Below are positions 1-14,100 of a stretch of DNA of 64,000 nt, piece after piece (within the stretch, counting starts at the first letter, position 1; each line of letters begins with the position of its first letter). A program made the translations under genes and the position numbers. The notes under the pieces are model-generated. The model was given only the letters and a program-made list of their open reading frames with translations, was not told where the DNA came from and did no database searches. Source of the DNA: Lingula anatina (lineage: Eukaryota; Animalia; Brachiopoda); the NCBI GenBank assembly GCA_051362555.1, contig CM120647.1:10168001-10232000 (forward strand), given 5' to 3'.

Positions 1-159
1 AAAATAATATTACATAATGTTTAAAGACATAAAAAACAATATAACTGCTTATGTAGAAATACAGAAAATGTGCAGAGCCCCAGGCAGATGACAGCCTGCC
101 TGGGGCTAAAAGTCACAAATGCAAGTGTTTGAGAAAAAATTATAAAGGAAAACAACAAA

Positions 160-394
160 ACTAGAAAAGCACTTTGAGAGTGCAGACCTCTGCCAAGGCA
201 GCAATTGTTGATTACTAGTGATAATTGATTGATTATTGATCTGGACCACCACCAAAAATTAATCATTGTCCTCTTTGGCCCACTTCCGACAGTTCCTGAA
301 AATTTCTGCAAAATCAGTCCATAACTTTTTGTGTTATGTGGATGACAGACAAACAGGGGTGAAAATATAACCTCCTTGGCAGAGCTTGAGGTAA
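160..394 (-). mobile_element. Short Helentron/Helitron2-type non-autonomous element, family C, nested in family A
   Basis: Ends in CTAGT on the minus strand and starts with the TTACCTC..GCCAAGGAGGTTAT hairpin, with an internal subTIR ACCTCTGCCAAGG. A second copy sits at the same position of another A copy (36739-36959). The empty site is at 29151-29170. Confidence 0.75.
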
Positions 395-441
395 ATATAA
401 TTCCAATGAAGCTGCTATTCAAACTTTTAATCTTCCAGTTT

Positions 442-442
<1 letters not shown>

Positions 443-497
<55 letters not shown>
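443..497. repeat. (TA)n microsatellite
   Basis: Direct reading. Confidence 0.95.
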
Positions 498-501
<4 letters not shown>

Positions 502-3500
502 AAACTTATTTGCAATATTTAACAAAATTTACCTGCATAATTATCACTGCTTCCTTATTATTAATCTAGCAGAGAGCTTTACCTTTGGGAGTTTACAGGG
601 AAATATCAACAAGTGTGCTTTACGTAATCTCATTTAATGGCCTATTAAAGCAAATGACTTTATAACTCTGAAATTAATCTAGTGATACCCAAGGGTAATT
701 TACAGACTGACCCACTCAAAGGTCTTCAGGCCCATAAGTCACACCTTAAGAAAAGCACAAAACCATAATGCCCAAAATAGGAGACTACCAATCCTGATGC
801 AATAATACATTATGTTTAACTGCACAGTCAACATCAACTTATGCACAACAGGTAACACAGACGAAAGTAGAAGCATAAGGCTTCAGGCCCATCAGAGTTC
901 AAGTTTATACTTAGAAAGTGCCAGAATGAGAAAAATGAAAATTTCACAAAAAATGCATAAATACAATAAACATGATAATCCAATAGAGCTGGTTTTCTCA
1001 TGAGCTGAAGGCCAATCCTAAAAATCGTACTTGTAAGTTTAAAATTATAATAAGTAGCACAGTTTTCTTTTCATAATGTTTGCAGTAGCAGTGCAAAAAG
1101 ATTGTCAATTTTGATGTAACAATACATAATAAATTAGAGAATAATTATCACCAATTTTTGTTTATTGACTATAAATAGGATGGACATGTAGAAAATATGA
1201 TTACCATTTGGCTTCATGTCCGTGGGAGCTCCGAGTCCCACAATGAATATGCCAAAAAAGATAATGAATATAACACTAAAATGTATAACCTCCAGAAAAA
1301 GAAGCCAATTAGACTGCTTTTCTAACTCAGGCTGCATTTTAGTCCTGTGTTTCTTTTTTGAAAGTTTGACAGTCATAAGTAACACGGTTTTTCCATAATG
1401 GTCATCAAGGCAGCAGCACCAAAAATTGTGTTTTCTTCTATTTTGATGCAACATTACATAATGCTTAACAGCATAATGACCATCGATTTTTAATAATAAA
1501 ATATAAGTGTCATGGATTTTCACAAAATGTGACTAGCACGGGTCTTCAAGCCCGTGGAGGTTCTAAGTCGCACCTTGGAAATGCCAATATGTGAAAAATT
1601 AAATTTTCACAAAAAACTGTTTAATTGCCAGAAAAATTTACCAAACAGACTGCATTGCATACTGAAGCTGTATTTTAGACCCATGTTTCTTTCCTGTAAG
1701 TTTGAGAACAGTAATTGACATGATTTTTGTTAAATGGTCATCATGGGAGCAGTGCCCAAAATAGGGGTTTCTTCAAATTTTGATGCAACATTACATAATG
1801 TTTAACAGCATAATGACCATCAATTTTTAATTATAAAATATTAGTATCACGGATATTCAGGAAATGTGACAAGCAAAGGTCTTCAGGTTCATGGAACTTC
1901 AAAGTCACACCTTGAAAATGCCAATAAGTGAAAAATTAAATTTTCACAAAAAACTGTTAAATTGCCAGAAAAATTTACCAAACAGACTGCATTGCCTACT
2001 GGAGCTGTATTTTAGTCCCATGTTTCTTTCCTGTAAGTTTGAGAACAGTAAGTGACATGATTTTCCTTAAATGGTCATCATGGGAGCAGTGCCCAAAATA
2101 GGGGTTTCTTCAAATTTTCATGCAATATTACATAATGTTTTACAGCATAATGACCATCAATTTTTAATTATAAAATATTAGTATCATGGTTATTCAGAAA
2201 ATGTGACTAGCAAAAGCCTTCAGGCCCATGGAACTTCAAAGTCACATATTGAAAATGCCAAAATGTAAACAATACAGCACTGTTCTGAAATGGGTTTATT
2301 TCCATTTTTAACACTTTTTAAACATAAAACAAAATAAAGTTTACTGCCATTTTTATATGACCAATGAAGAAAATTGATGAGATGGGAAAAGTATCAATAG
2401 AACTGTTTTAAATGCCCAACTTCCTCCATTCTGAGATTCTGAACATAGTGGATGAATGCATCTGACAAACTGCAATGATATGAGTTTATTTCCATTTTTG
2501 ACACTTTATTACACAATACATGATAACAAGTTTACCATCATTTTTACAAAATCAACTAACAATGTTGTAAAGATGCAGGAAATGCCAAACAAACACATTT
2601 ACATATCTTATTACTTCAATAATGAGACTGTTAACATGCCTAAGAATTGAATGTGAGGAAATGTGAAAAAACAGCATTACCTTTTAAAATAATGGACTGA
2701 TTATGCTGATTTTCAAACTCAACCTGCGTTTTAGTAAGATTGGCCCCTCCTGTGAGTATAATGACAATTGGCCAATCTGTTTTTCTTATATTGTGTTATC
2801 AGTGTTGCATATATACTGAAAAAAGTGAAAAAAAACAGCATAAATTCCCTATAAGTGACCCGATCGTGCTGATTTTCGAACTTGACCTGCGTATTATGAA
2901 TATTTATCAGCTCTGTAAGTTTCAAGCCAAAGGGTAAAACAGCTCTTCATTTATTGTGTTATCAGTGTTGCAAAAATGCTGAAAAAAAGTGAAAAAATAG
3001 CCTAAATTCACTAAAAATGACCCAATCATGCTGATTTTCGAACTTGACCTGCGTATTATGAATATTCATCAGTTCTGTAGGTTTCAAGCCAAAAGGTCAA
3101 ATGGTTTTCCATTTATGGTGTTATCGGTGCTGCATATATGCTGAAAAAAGAGAAAAAATAGCCTAAATTCACTAAAAATGACCCAATCACGCTGATTTTC
3201 GAACTTGACCTGCGTATTATGTATATTCATCAGTTCTGTAAGTTTCAAGCCAAAAGGTAAAATGGTTTTCCACTTATCGTGTTATCGGTGCTGCATATAT
3301 GCTGAAAAAAGTGAAAAAACAGCATAAATTCCCTATAAGTGACCCGATCATGCTGATTTTCAAACTCGACCTGCGTAATATGAATATTCATCAGTACTGT
3401 AAGTTTCAAGCCAAAAGGTACAATGGTTTTCCACTTATCGTGTTATCGGTGCTGCATATATGTTGAAAAAAGTGAAAAAACAGCATAAATGCCCTAAGAG

Positions 3501-4344
3501 TAACCCGATCATGCTGATTTTCGAACTTGACCTGCGTATTATGAATATTCATCAGTTCTGCTAGTTTCAAATCAAAAGGCAAAATGGTTTTCCACTTATC
3601 GTGTTATCCGTAAAAGTGCATGGCGACGGCGACGACAGAAGCAGATGATGGCAATATGTACAGACACATCTGTGTCTGTACATAATAAAATGTATGTAGC
3701 TACTTGTGATAGACTTGTACAAAGAAAATCAATTCCAGATAAAGCACCTTTAGTCAATAGGAGTTCATCACAACTGATGGAAACATTACGTATTGACTAT
3801 CCAACTGTAGAAGATAATAAAGGTGGTATTGCTAATGTGTATGTGTGTAACGGACAACTTTTCCAGGTATGCATAAGCATATCCTACTAAAACTCAGACT
3901 GCACACACTAAGGCAAGGTTGTATGAAAACATGACTGGCAAGGTTGTATGAAAACATGACTGTCATTATGGTTTTTCAGCAAAAATACATAGCCATCAAG
4001 AAGAAATTTTGAGAACTTTAGAACTTAAAAGGAATAACAAAGAATTATTTGATAGAATGACGAGAAGGGCTGTCCTCCAGCAAGGAGATAGTGTATTGAT
4101 CAAAAACTTGGGTTAAAAGGAATGTATGGAAAATGGTTCACAGAAATCACTTCCTTCCTTTGCCTTTCACGGGGAGGGGGGGGGGGGGGGGGGGGGCGGG
4201 CGCGGGCTAGGAAAAGTAGTGAGACAAAAGTGCAAGTTGAAGATACCTCCATTCCAAGGAGGTCTAAAAGGGAGAAAAGGATTCCAGAAAAATATCAAGG
4301 CTAACTTAAAGCTTTGATTTCTTTGGTATCATATTTCAATAAAA

Positions 4345-5190
4345 ACTAGAGGATCAGACAGGCCTTCGAATATTGTACCACCAGCTGGAGTAAGCGCGAT
4401 CGCATAGACCCCCACACACACAAAAGAGGGACACCAACACCAGTCTTGTACTTGACAAGCTGTAAAAATGCAATCAACAAGAATTCTCAAAATATGCAAA
4501 AATTATATATAACTAAAAATGGTACAATCAAAGTTCAGTTTATAGTTAGGTAGGTCAAAGATCAATTTCAAGGTCACAGTAAATTTCCAGTATATGACTT
4601 CCTATTCAAGTTCAATAGCAACTATGGACCTACCTCTGCCACTTTTGAAGACAAAAGGGAACCAAAATTTGTAAACTTCAATTCATGGTAAAAAGTAGGT
4701 CAAAGGTCAATTTCAAGGTCACACTTCGATTGCCAATATATGACTTCCTATTCAAATTCAATAGTTACTATGGACATATCTCTGCCAGTTTTGGAGATAA
4801 AAGGGAACCAAAATTTGCAAAGTTCAATTCATGATGAAAAGTAGGTCAAAGTTCAATTTCAAGGTCACATTTAGATTGCCAGTATATGACTACCTATTGA
4901 AGTTCAATAGTAACCATGGACCTATCTCTGCCAGTTTTGGAGATAAAAGGAAACCAAAATCTGCAAAGTTCAATGCATGATGAAAGTTAGGTCAAAGTTC
5001 AATTTCAAGGTCACAGTAAATTGCCTCTAATGACTTTCTATTCAAATTCAATCGTAACTATGGGCGTATCTCTGCCAGTTTTGAAAATAAAAGCATTAAA
5101 AATTTACAAAGTTCAGTTCATGGTTAAAAGTTGGTCAAAGGTCAATTTCAAAGTGACTGCCAGTATACGACCTCCTGTTCAAGTTTTTTT
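4345..5190 (-). mobile_element. Helentron-type family B fragment (3' terminus plus 146-bp satellite array), repeated in every array unit
   Basis: ACTAGAGGATCAGA (CTAGT end on minus), subTIR TGTACCACCAGC, and 146-bp units (TAGGTCAAAG at 4696, 4842, 4988). A second B terminus is at 5456-5890. Confidence 0.75.
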
Positions 5191-6759
5191 TGTGCAGTTG
5201 ATATTTATAGGCCCTTGCCTGATAGGGGTCAAGGCTTCAAGAAAGAATCTTTCCCCTCCAAACAGGTTATGCAGAATTAAAACTGTTAGCAATGCAGAGT
5301 CCAATTCAAAGAAAGAAAGGATAAAAAACAATGTATAGAAAATACAATGTCAGAAGTTACGCCGAGTGTTTCTAGAGCAGCCAAAGTGACTGGTATAATG
5401 TACAAGATTACCTGAGTAATGACAGGAAAAGTGTTGGAATAGAAATGCACAGATAACTAGAGGATCAGAGAGGCAACACTGAATCCGAATATTGTACCAC
5501 CAGCTGGAGTAAGCGCATTTTTATGGAAAACCCCAACCACCAGTGTTATTTGACAAGCTCTACAAAATGCAATTAACAAGACAAGAAATATGCCCCCCCC
5601 CCAAAAAAAAAAAAATAAATAAATAAATAAAAAATAAAAGGACAGCATTCATGAAAATGGTGCAATCAAGCTGAATTTCAAGACAGTAGGCCTGTCATTT
5701 TTCTTTGAAATGTGTTATCAGCGTTGCATATATACACTGGAAAAAAGAAATGGGCCTATTTCTGCCAGTTTTGGACATATATGAGATAGAAAATTTGCAA
5801 AGTTCAGTTCATGGTGAAAAGGTCAAAGGTCAATTTCAAAGTGACAGATTGCCAGTATACGACTTCCTGTTCAAGTTCAAAAGTAAGCGGTAACAGTGAC
5901 TTGTATTCCACGCCACCCTGCGGAGCAAAAAGTGGGCAATCAACACTACAGATATAAAGTCCGCATTTCTCTAGGGATAAACGTGGGAGCATCAATTTTA
6001 TGTGAAACTGACAGCAGAGATCAATACACTTGAGGGACTGATATGGAAGTTACGACATGGATTGTTTGGGCTCAAAGATATTGCAAGACAATTTTTTTAC
6101 AAGTTTGAGGAATGAATTGGAGAGCCTGCAATGTTCACTATGATGAAATATGAAAATGTTTTCATGTTCCACATCTGGAACATTGTCCTGGTAGCTAGTG
6201 CAGCATTACGACTCTGTAGGGACTACAGTAGTCTTTCGGGTCTTTCATTTCCTGTTTGTAACAGTAATCACAAAGCAAATGGGCTGCACTTCAATCATTT
6301 CCTAAGAGGGCATAAGTTGCTTTTCCTTCACAATCTTTATTTGGATTTTGACACAAAAAATGTTTAGTTGAGAACATCAAAAGTCTTTGTTGGAATTTCT
6401 ATATTTGCATTCTTCTGTTCTTGTTGCAATTGTTCTACGGTATCCAGCAGTGAGATGCCATAAGCTTTTGGCATCTTTTATCACAGTTGGAACAGTGCGG
6501 GACAACAACTAATATCACTGTCATGGTATTTATGCTTCCACTGCTTCATCACAGACATTTGCCAGAGCTCTCCCCACCATCCTAGCTCCTCCATCCCTGA
6601 CAAGGTCCCCACATTCACCATCGATCCCTGCAGCTGTACTACCCCCTACCTGTGCGTCGTATGTGCTGACAGGGTGGAGTCGTATTTTGCGGAGGTTTGC
6701 CTCACTGCCTGTGTGTTTAGGTAAGTCACAGGTGGAACATGTTAATAATAATTGGTGCA

Positions 6760-7015
6760 GAAGGAGGAACAAAAGACATTTAAATTTGGTGGTGGCACCA
6801 AATTGAAATCTGAAGCAGAGTTTGACTTGCCTGTAAGTAGTGGGCAAGAATGTAACATTTACAACTAATGTTGTGGACTATGCCATTCCACTGTTACTGT
6901 CCAACTATACAATGAAAAAGGCTGGTGTAAAGATGGACATAGAAAATGACACCACTGTTATTCTTGGTGAGGAAGTAGCATATTAAACCTCACATCCTCT
7001 GGTCAAAATGTATCC
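6760..7015 (+). pseudogene. Degenerate retropepsin-like (LTR retrotransposon protease region) fragment; copies in units 2 and 3
   Basis: With frameshifts it reads KTFKFGGGTKLKSEAEFDLPV / VVGKNVTFTTNVVDYAIPLLLSNYTMKKAGVKMDIENDTTVILGEEV / LNLTSSG, the FKFGGG...IPLLLS..MKKA pattern of invertebrate LTR-element proteases. Recognised from memory, not searched. Confidence 0.6.
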
Positions 7016-7379
7016 TAGTTTTTCAGACCGCTGTAGAGGAAGTAAAAGCTGTAAATGAGCCGAGATCTAACAAGAAAGCAAAAAGTTGGTTGAGAATTTT
7101 GTCACAATCCATGCAAACTGAATGTGCCGGCTTGTCTCACACAGGTTGCATTTACAGTGTGAATCTTCCTCAAGGTCAGAATCATTATTATCACTGGACT
7201 TTTGAGCTCTTGTGTCATTTCCTGGGACGACTGTACGACTTTCAAAATGTGAAGAATCTTGTATTTTTGTAACAAGGTCTTCTCTCACGATGCTGTTATC
7301 ACTATTTTGTTCAATTATGTCACTTTGCATTGTTTTGTCTGAATCTTTTGTTGCCCCATCCATTGGCAAGCCAATAACA

Positions 7380-8039
7380 TTAAAAGGGTTGTGTTTTACA
7401 CAGAGAAAGAAAGTAACAAAGAAAGACAAGTTGGCAACTTGTGTTAGCGAATCATTGGCGAAATGAAGCTATAAAGATGTGTCATGATGATGTGGCACAT
7501 CTTGGTAGAGAGAGAACAATAGAGTTGATTCCAGATAGATTTTTTAAAAAATAAAATGTATGTAGCTACTTGTGATAGACTTGTACAAAGAAAATCAATT
7601 CCAGATAAAGCACCTTTAGTCAATAGGAGTTCATCACAACTGATGGAAACATTACGTATTGACTATCCAACTGTAGAAGATAATAAAGGTGGTATTGCTA
7701 ATGTGTATGTGTGTAACGGACAACTTTTCCAGGTATGCATAAGCATATCCTACTAAAACTCAGACTGCACACACTAAGGCAAGGTTGTATGAAAACATGA
7801 CTGGCAAGGTTGTATGAAAACATGACTGTCATTATGGTTTTTCAGCAAAAATACATAGCCATCAAGAAGAAATTTTTGAGAACTTTAGAACTTAAAAGGA
7901 ATAACAAAGAATTATTTGATAGAATGACGAGAAGGGCTGTCCTCCAGCAAGGAGATAGTGTATTGATCAAAAACTTGGGTTAAAAGGAATGGATGGAAAA
8001 TGGTTCACAGAAATCACTTCCTTCCTTTGCCTTTCACGG

Positions 8040-8082
<43 letters not shown>

Positions 8083-8187
8083 GCGCAGGCTAGGAAAAGT
8101 AGTGAGACAAAAGTGCAAGTTGAAGATACCTCCATTCCAAGGAGGTCTAAAAGGGAGAAAAGGATTCCAGAAAAATATCAAGGCTAA
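7380..8187 (+). pseudogene. Degenerate Gypsy/Ty3 integrase fragment (H2C2 zinc finger, core start, C-terminal tail); copies at 3690-4304 (partial), ~11270-12070 and ~14867-15667
   Basis: WQLVLANHWRNEAIKMCHDDVAHLGRERTIELIPDRFF ... YVATCDRLVQRKSIPDKAPLVN ... FSRYA*AYPTKTQTA ... IPRRSKREKRIPEKY, with stops, frameshifts and deletions. Confidence 0.8.
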
Positions 8188-11100
8188 CTTAAAGCTTTGA
8201 TTTCTTTGGTATCATATTTCAATAAAAACTAGAGGATCAGACAGGCCTTCGAATATTGTACCACCAGCTGGAGTAAGCGCGATCGCATAGACCCCCACAC
8301 ACACAAAAGAGGGACACCAACACCAGTCTTGTACTTGACAAGCTGTAAAAATGCAATCAACAAGAATTCTCAAAATATGCAAAAATTATATATAACTAAA
8401 AATGGTACAATCAAAGTTCAGTTTATAGTTAGGTAGGTCAAAGATCAATTTCAAGGTCACAGTAAATTTCCAGTATATGACTTCCTATTCAAGTTCAATA
8501 GCAACTATGGACCTACCTCTGCCACTTTTGAAGACAAAAGGGAACCAAAATTTGTAAACTTCAATTCATGGTAAAAAGTAGGTCAAAGGTCAATTTCAAG
8601 GTCACACTTCGATTGCCAATATATGACTTCCTATTCAAATTCAATAGTTACTATGGACATATCTCTGCCAGTTTTGGAGATAAAAGGGAACCAAAATTTG
8701 CAAAGTTCAATTCATGATGAAAAGTAGGTCAAAGTTCAATTTCAAGGTCACATTTAGATTGCCAGTATATGACTACCTATTGAAGTTCAATAGTAACCAT
8801 GGACCTATCTCTGCCAGTTTTGGAGATAAAAGGAAACCAAAATCTGCAAAGTTCAATGCATGATGAAAGTTAGGTCAAAGTTCAATTTCAAGGTCACAGT
8901 AAATTGCCTCTAATGACTTTCTATTCAAATTCAATCGTAACTATGGGCGTATCTCTGCCAGTTTTGAAAATAAAAGCATTAAAAATTTACAAAGTTCAGT
9001 TCATGGTTAAAAGTTGGTCAAAGGTCAATTTCAAAGTGACTGCCAGTATACGACCTCCTGTTCAAGTTTTTTTTGTGCAGTTGATATTTATAGGCCCTTG
9101 CCTGATAGGGGTCAAGGCTTCAAGAAAGAATCTTTCCCCTCCAAACAGGTTATGCAGAATTAAAACTGTTAGCAATGCAGAGTCCAATTCAAAGAAAGAA
9201 AGGATAAAAAACAATGTATAGAAAATACAATGTCAGAAGTTACGCCGAGTGTTTCTAGAGCAGCCAAAGTGACTGGTATAATGTACAAGATTACCTGAGT
9301 AATGACAGGAAAAGTGTTGGAATAGAAATGCACAGATAACTAGAGGATCAGAGAGGCAACACTGAATCCGAATATTGTACCACCAGCTGGAGTAGGCGCA
9401 TTTTTATGGAAAACCCCAACCACCAGTGTTATTTGACAAGCTCTACAAAATGCAATTAACAAGACAAGAAATATGCCCCCCCCCAAAAAAAAAAAAATAA
9501 ATAAATAAATAAATAAATAAATAAAAAATAAAAGGACAGCATTCATGAAAATGGTGCAATCAAGCTGAATTTCAAGACAGTAGGCCTGTCATTTTTCTTT
9601 GAAATGTGTTATCAGCGTTGCATATATACACTGGAAAAAAGAAATGGGCCTATTTCTGCCAGTTTTGGACATATATGAGATAGAAAATTTGCAAAGTTCA
9701 GTTCATGGTGAAAAGGTCAAAGGTCAATTTCAAAGTGACAGATTGCCAGTATACGACTTCCTGTTCAAGTTCAAAAGTAAGCGGTAACAGTGACTTGTAT
9801 TCCACGCCACCCTGCGGAGCAAAAAGTGGGCAATCAACACTACAGATATAAAGTCCGCATTTCTCTAGGGATAAACGTGGGAGCATCAATTTTATGTGAA
9901 ACTGACAGCAGAGATCAATACACTTGAGGGACTGATATGGAAGTTACGACATGGATTGTTTGGGCTCAAAGATATTGCAAGACAATTTTTTTACAAGTTT
10001 GAGGAATGAATTGGAGAGCCTGCAATGTTCACTATGATGAAATATGAAAATGTTTTCATGTTCCACATCTGGAACATTGTCCTGGTAGCTAGTGCAGCAT
10101 TACGACTCTGTAGGGACTACAGTAGTCTTTCGGGTCTTTCATTTCCTGTTTGTAACAGTAATCACAAAGCAAATGGGCTGCACTTCAATCATTTCCTGAG
10201 AGGGCATAAGTTGCTTTTCCTTCACAATCTTTATTTGGATTTTGACACAAAAAATGTTTAGTTGAGAACATCAAAAGTCTTTGTTGGAATTTCTATATTT
10301 GCATTCTTCTGTTCTTGTTGCAATTGTTCTACGGTATCCAGCAGTGAGATGCCATAAGCTTTTGGCATCTTTTATCACAGTTGGAACAGTGCGGGACAAC
10401 AACTAATATCACTGTCATGGTATTTATGCTTCCACTGCTTCATCACAGACATTTGCCAGAGCTCTCCCCACCATCCTCCTCCATCCCTGACAAGGTCCCC
10501 ACATTCACCATCGATCCCTGCAGCTGTACTACCCCCTACCTGTGCGTCGTATGTGCTGACAGGGTGGAGTCGTATTTTGCGGAGGTTTGCCTCACTGCCT
10601 GTGTGTTTAGGTAAGTCACAGGTGGAACATGTTAATAATAATTGGTGCAGAAGGAGGAACAAAAGACATTTAAATTTGGTGGTGGCACCAAATTGAAATC
10701 TGAAGCAGAGTTTGACTTGCCTGTAAGTAGTGGGCAAGAATGTAACATTTACAACTAATGTTGTGGACTATGCCATTCCACTGTTACTGTCCAACTATAC
10801 AATGAAAAAGGCTGGTGTAAAGATGGACATAGAAAATGACACCACTGTTATTCTTGGTGAGGAAGTAGCATATTAAACCTCACATCCTCTGGTCAAAATG
10901 TATCCTAGTTTTTCAGACCGCTGTAGAGGAAGTAAAAGCTGTAAATGAGCCGAGATCTAACAAGAAAGCAAAAAGTTGGTTGAGAATTTTGTCACAATCC
11001 ATGCAAACTGAATGTGCCGGCTTGTCTCACACAGGTTGCATTTACAGTGTGAATCTTCCTCAAGGTCAGAATCATTATTATCACTGGACTTTTGAGCTCT

Positions 11101-14100
11101 TGTGTCATTTCCTGGGACGACTGTACGACTTTCAAAATGTGAAGAATCTTGTATTTTTGTAACAAGGTCTTCTCTCACGATGCTGTTATCACTATTTTGT
11201 TCAATTATGTCACTTTGCATTGTTTTGTCTGAATCTTTTGTTGCCCCATCCATTGGCAAGCCAATAACATTAAAAGGGTTGTGTTTTACACAGAGAAAGA
11301 AAGTAACAAAGAAAGACAAGTTGGCAACTTGTGTTAGCGAATCATTGGCGAAATGAAGCTATAAAGATGTGTCATGATGATGTGGCACATCTTGGTAGAG
11401 AGAGAACAATAGAGTTGATTCCAGATAGATTTTTTAAAAAATAAAATGTATGTAGCTACTTGTGATAGACTTGTACAAAGAAAATCAATTCCAGATAAAG
11501 CACCTTTAGTCAATAGGAGTTCATCACAACTGATGGAAACATTACGTATTGACTATCCAACTGTAGAAGATAATAAAGGTGGTATTGCTAATGTGTATGT
11601 GTGTAACGGACAACTTTTCCAGGTATGCATAAGCATATCCTACTAAAACTCAGACTGCACACACTAAGGCAAGGTTGTATGAAAACATGACTGGCAAGGT
11701 TGTATGAAAACATGACTGTCATTATGGTTTTTCAGCAAAAATACATAGCCATCAAGAAGAAATTTTTGAGAACTTTAGAACTTAAAAGGAATAACAAAGA
11801 ATTATTTGATAGAATGACGAGAAGGGCTGTCCTCCAGCAAGGAGATAGTGTATTGATCAAAAACTTGGGTTAAAAGGAATGGATGGAAAATGGTTCACAG
11901 AAATCACTTCCTTCCTTTGCCTTTCACGGGGAGGGGGGGGGGGAGGGGGGGGGGGGGGGGGGCAGGCGCAGGCTAGGAAAAGTAGTGAGACAAAAGTGCA
12001 AGTTGAAGATACCTCCATTCCAAGGAGGTCTAAAAGGGAGAAAAGGATTCCAGAAAAATATCAAGGCTAACTTAAAGCTTTGATTTCTTTGGTATCATAT
12101 TTCAATAAAAACTAGAGGATCAGACAGGCCTTCGAATATTGTACCACCAGCTGGAGTAAGCGCGATCGCATAGACCCCCACACACACAAAAGAGGGACAC
12201 CAACACCAGTCTTGTACTTGACAAGCTGTAAAAATGCAATCAACAAGAATTCTCAAAATATGCAAAAATTATATATAACTAAAAATGGTACAATCAAAGT
12301 TCAGTTTATAGTTAGGTAGGTCAAAGATCAATTTCAAGGTCACAGTAAATTTCCAGTATATGACTTCCTATTCAAGTTCAATAGCAACTATGGACCTACC
12401 TCTGCCACTTTTGAAGACAAAAGGGAACCAAAATTTGTAAACTTCAATTCATGGTAAAAAGTAGGTCAAAGGTCAATTTCAAGGTCACACTTCGATTGCC
12501 AATATATGACTTCCTATTCAAATTCAATAGTTACTATGGACATATCTCTGCCAGTTTTGGAGATAAAAGGGAACCAAAATTTGCAAAGTTCAATTCATGA
12601 TGAAAAGTAGGTCAAAGTTCAATTTCAAGGTCACATTTAGATTGCCAGTATATGACTACCTATTGAAGTTCAATAGTAACCATGGACCTATCTCTGCCAG
12701 TTTTGGAGATAAAAGGAAACCAAAATCTGCAAAGTTCAATGCATGATGAAAGTTAGGTCAAAGTTCAATTTCAAGGTCACAGTAAATTGCCTCTAATGAC
12801 TTTCTATTCAAATTCAATCGTAACTATGGGCGTATCTCTGCCAGTTTTGAAAATAAAAGCATTAAAAATTTACAAAGTTCAGTTCATGGTTAAAAGTTGG
12901 TCAAAGGTCAATTTCAAAGTGACTGCCAGTATACGACCTCCTGTTCAAGTTTTTTTTGTGCAGTTGATATTTATAGGCCCTTGCCTGATAGGGGTCAAGG
13001 CTTCAAGAAAGAATCTTTCCCCTCCAAACAGGTTATGCAGAATTAAAACTGTTAGCAATGCAGAGTCCAATTCAAAGAAAGAAAGGATAAAAAACAATGT
13101 ATAGAAAATACAATGTCAGAAGTTACGCCGAGTGTTTCTAGAGCAGCCAAAGTGACTGGTATAATGTACAAGATTACCTGAGTAATGACAGGAAAAGTGT
13201 TGGAATAGAAATGCACAGATAACTAGAGGATCAGAGAGGCAACACTGAATCCGAATATTGTACCACCAGCTGGAGTAAGCGCATTTTTATGGAAAACCCC
13301 AACCACCAGTGTTATTTGACAAGCTCTACAAAATGCAATTAACAAGACAAGAAATATGCCCCCCCCCCCAAAAAAAAAATAAATAAATAAATAAAAAAAT
13401 AAAAGGACAGCATTCATGAAAATGGTGCAATCAAGCTGAATTTCAAGACAGTAGGCCTGTCATTTTTCTTTGAAATGTGTTATCAGTGTTGCATATATAC
13501 ACTGGAAAAAAGAAATGGGCCTATTTCTGCCAGTTTTGGACATATATGAGATAGAAAATTTGCAAAGTTCAGTTCATGGTGAAAAGGTCAAAGGTCAATT
13601 TCAAAGTGACAGATTGCCAGTATACGACTTCCTGTTCAAGTTCAAAAGTAAGCGGTAACAGTGACTTGTATTCCACGCCACCCTGCGGAGCAAAAAGTGG
13701 GCAATCAACACTACAGATATAAAGTCCGCATTTCTCTAGGGATAAACGTGGGAGCATCAATTTTATGTGAAACTGACAGCAGAGATCAATACACTTGAGG
13801 GACTGATATGGAAGTTACGACATGGATTTATTTGGATTTTGACACAAAAAATGTTTAGTTGAGAACATCAAAAGTCTTTGTTGGAATTTCTATATTTGCA
13901 TTCTTCTGTTCTTGTTGCAATTGTTCTACGGTATCCAGCAGTGAGATGCCATAAGCTTTTGGCATCTTTTATCACAGTTGGAACAGTGCGGGACAACAAC
14001 TAATATCACTGTCATGGTATTTATGCTTCCACTGCTTCATCACAGACATTTGCCAGAGCTCTCCCCACCATCCTCCTCCATCCCTGACAAGGTCCCCACA

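Larger units (their letters stand above)
1..3685 (-). mobile_element. Non-autonomous Helentron-type element, family A (HINE/DINE-1/pearl-like); other end lies outside the window
   Basis: Read on the minus strand it begins with T's and the hairpin ATGTACAGACAC-AGAT-GTGTCTGTACAT (3656-3683), then a (GTCGCC)-type microsatellite. Next are 161-bp tandem units (CTGATTTT at 3031, 3192, 3353, 3514) and ~337-bp units (1441, 1779, 2116). The same body recurs at 16.8, 26.9, 28.6, 36.2 and 59.3 kb. Confidence 0.8.

Noticed and set aside
7067-7429. 120-aa minus-strand ORF recurring three times
   Set aside because: Recurrence only reflects the tandem array. It has no recognisable domain and partly overlaps the antisense of the integrase relic.
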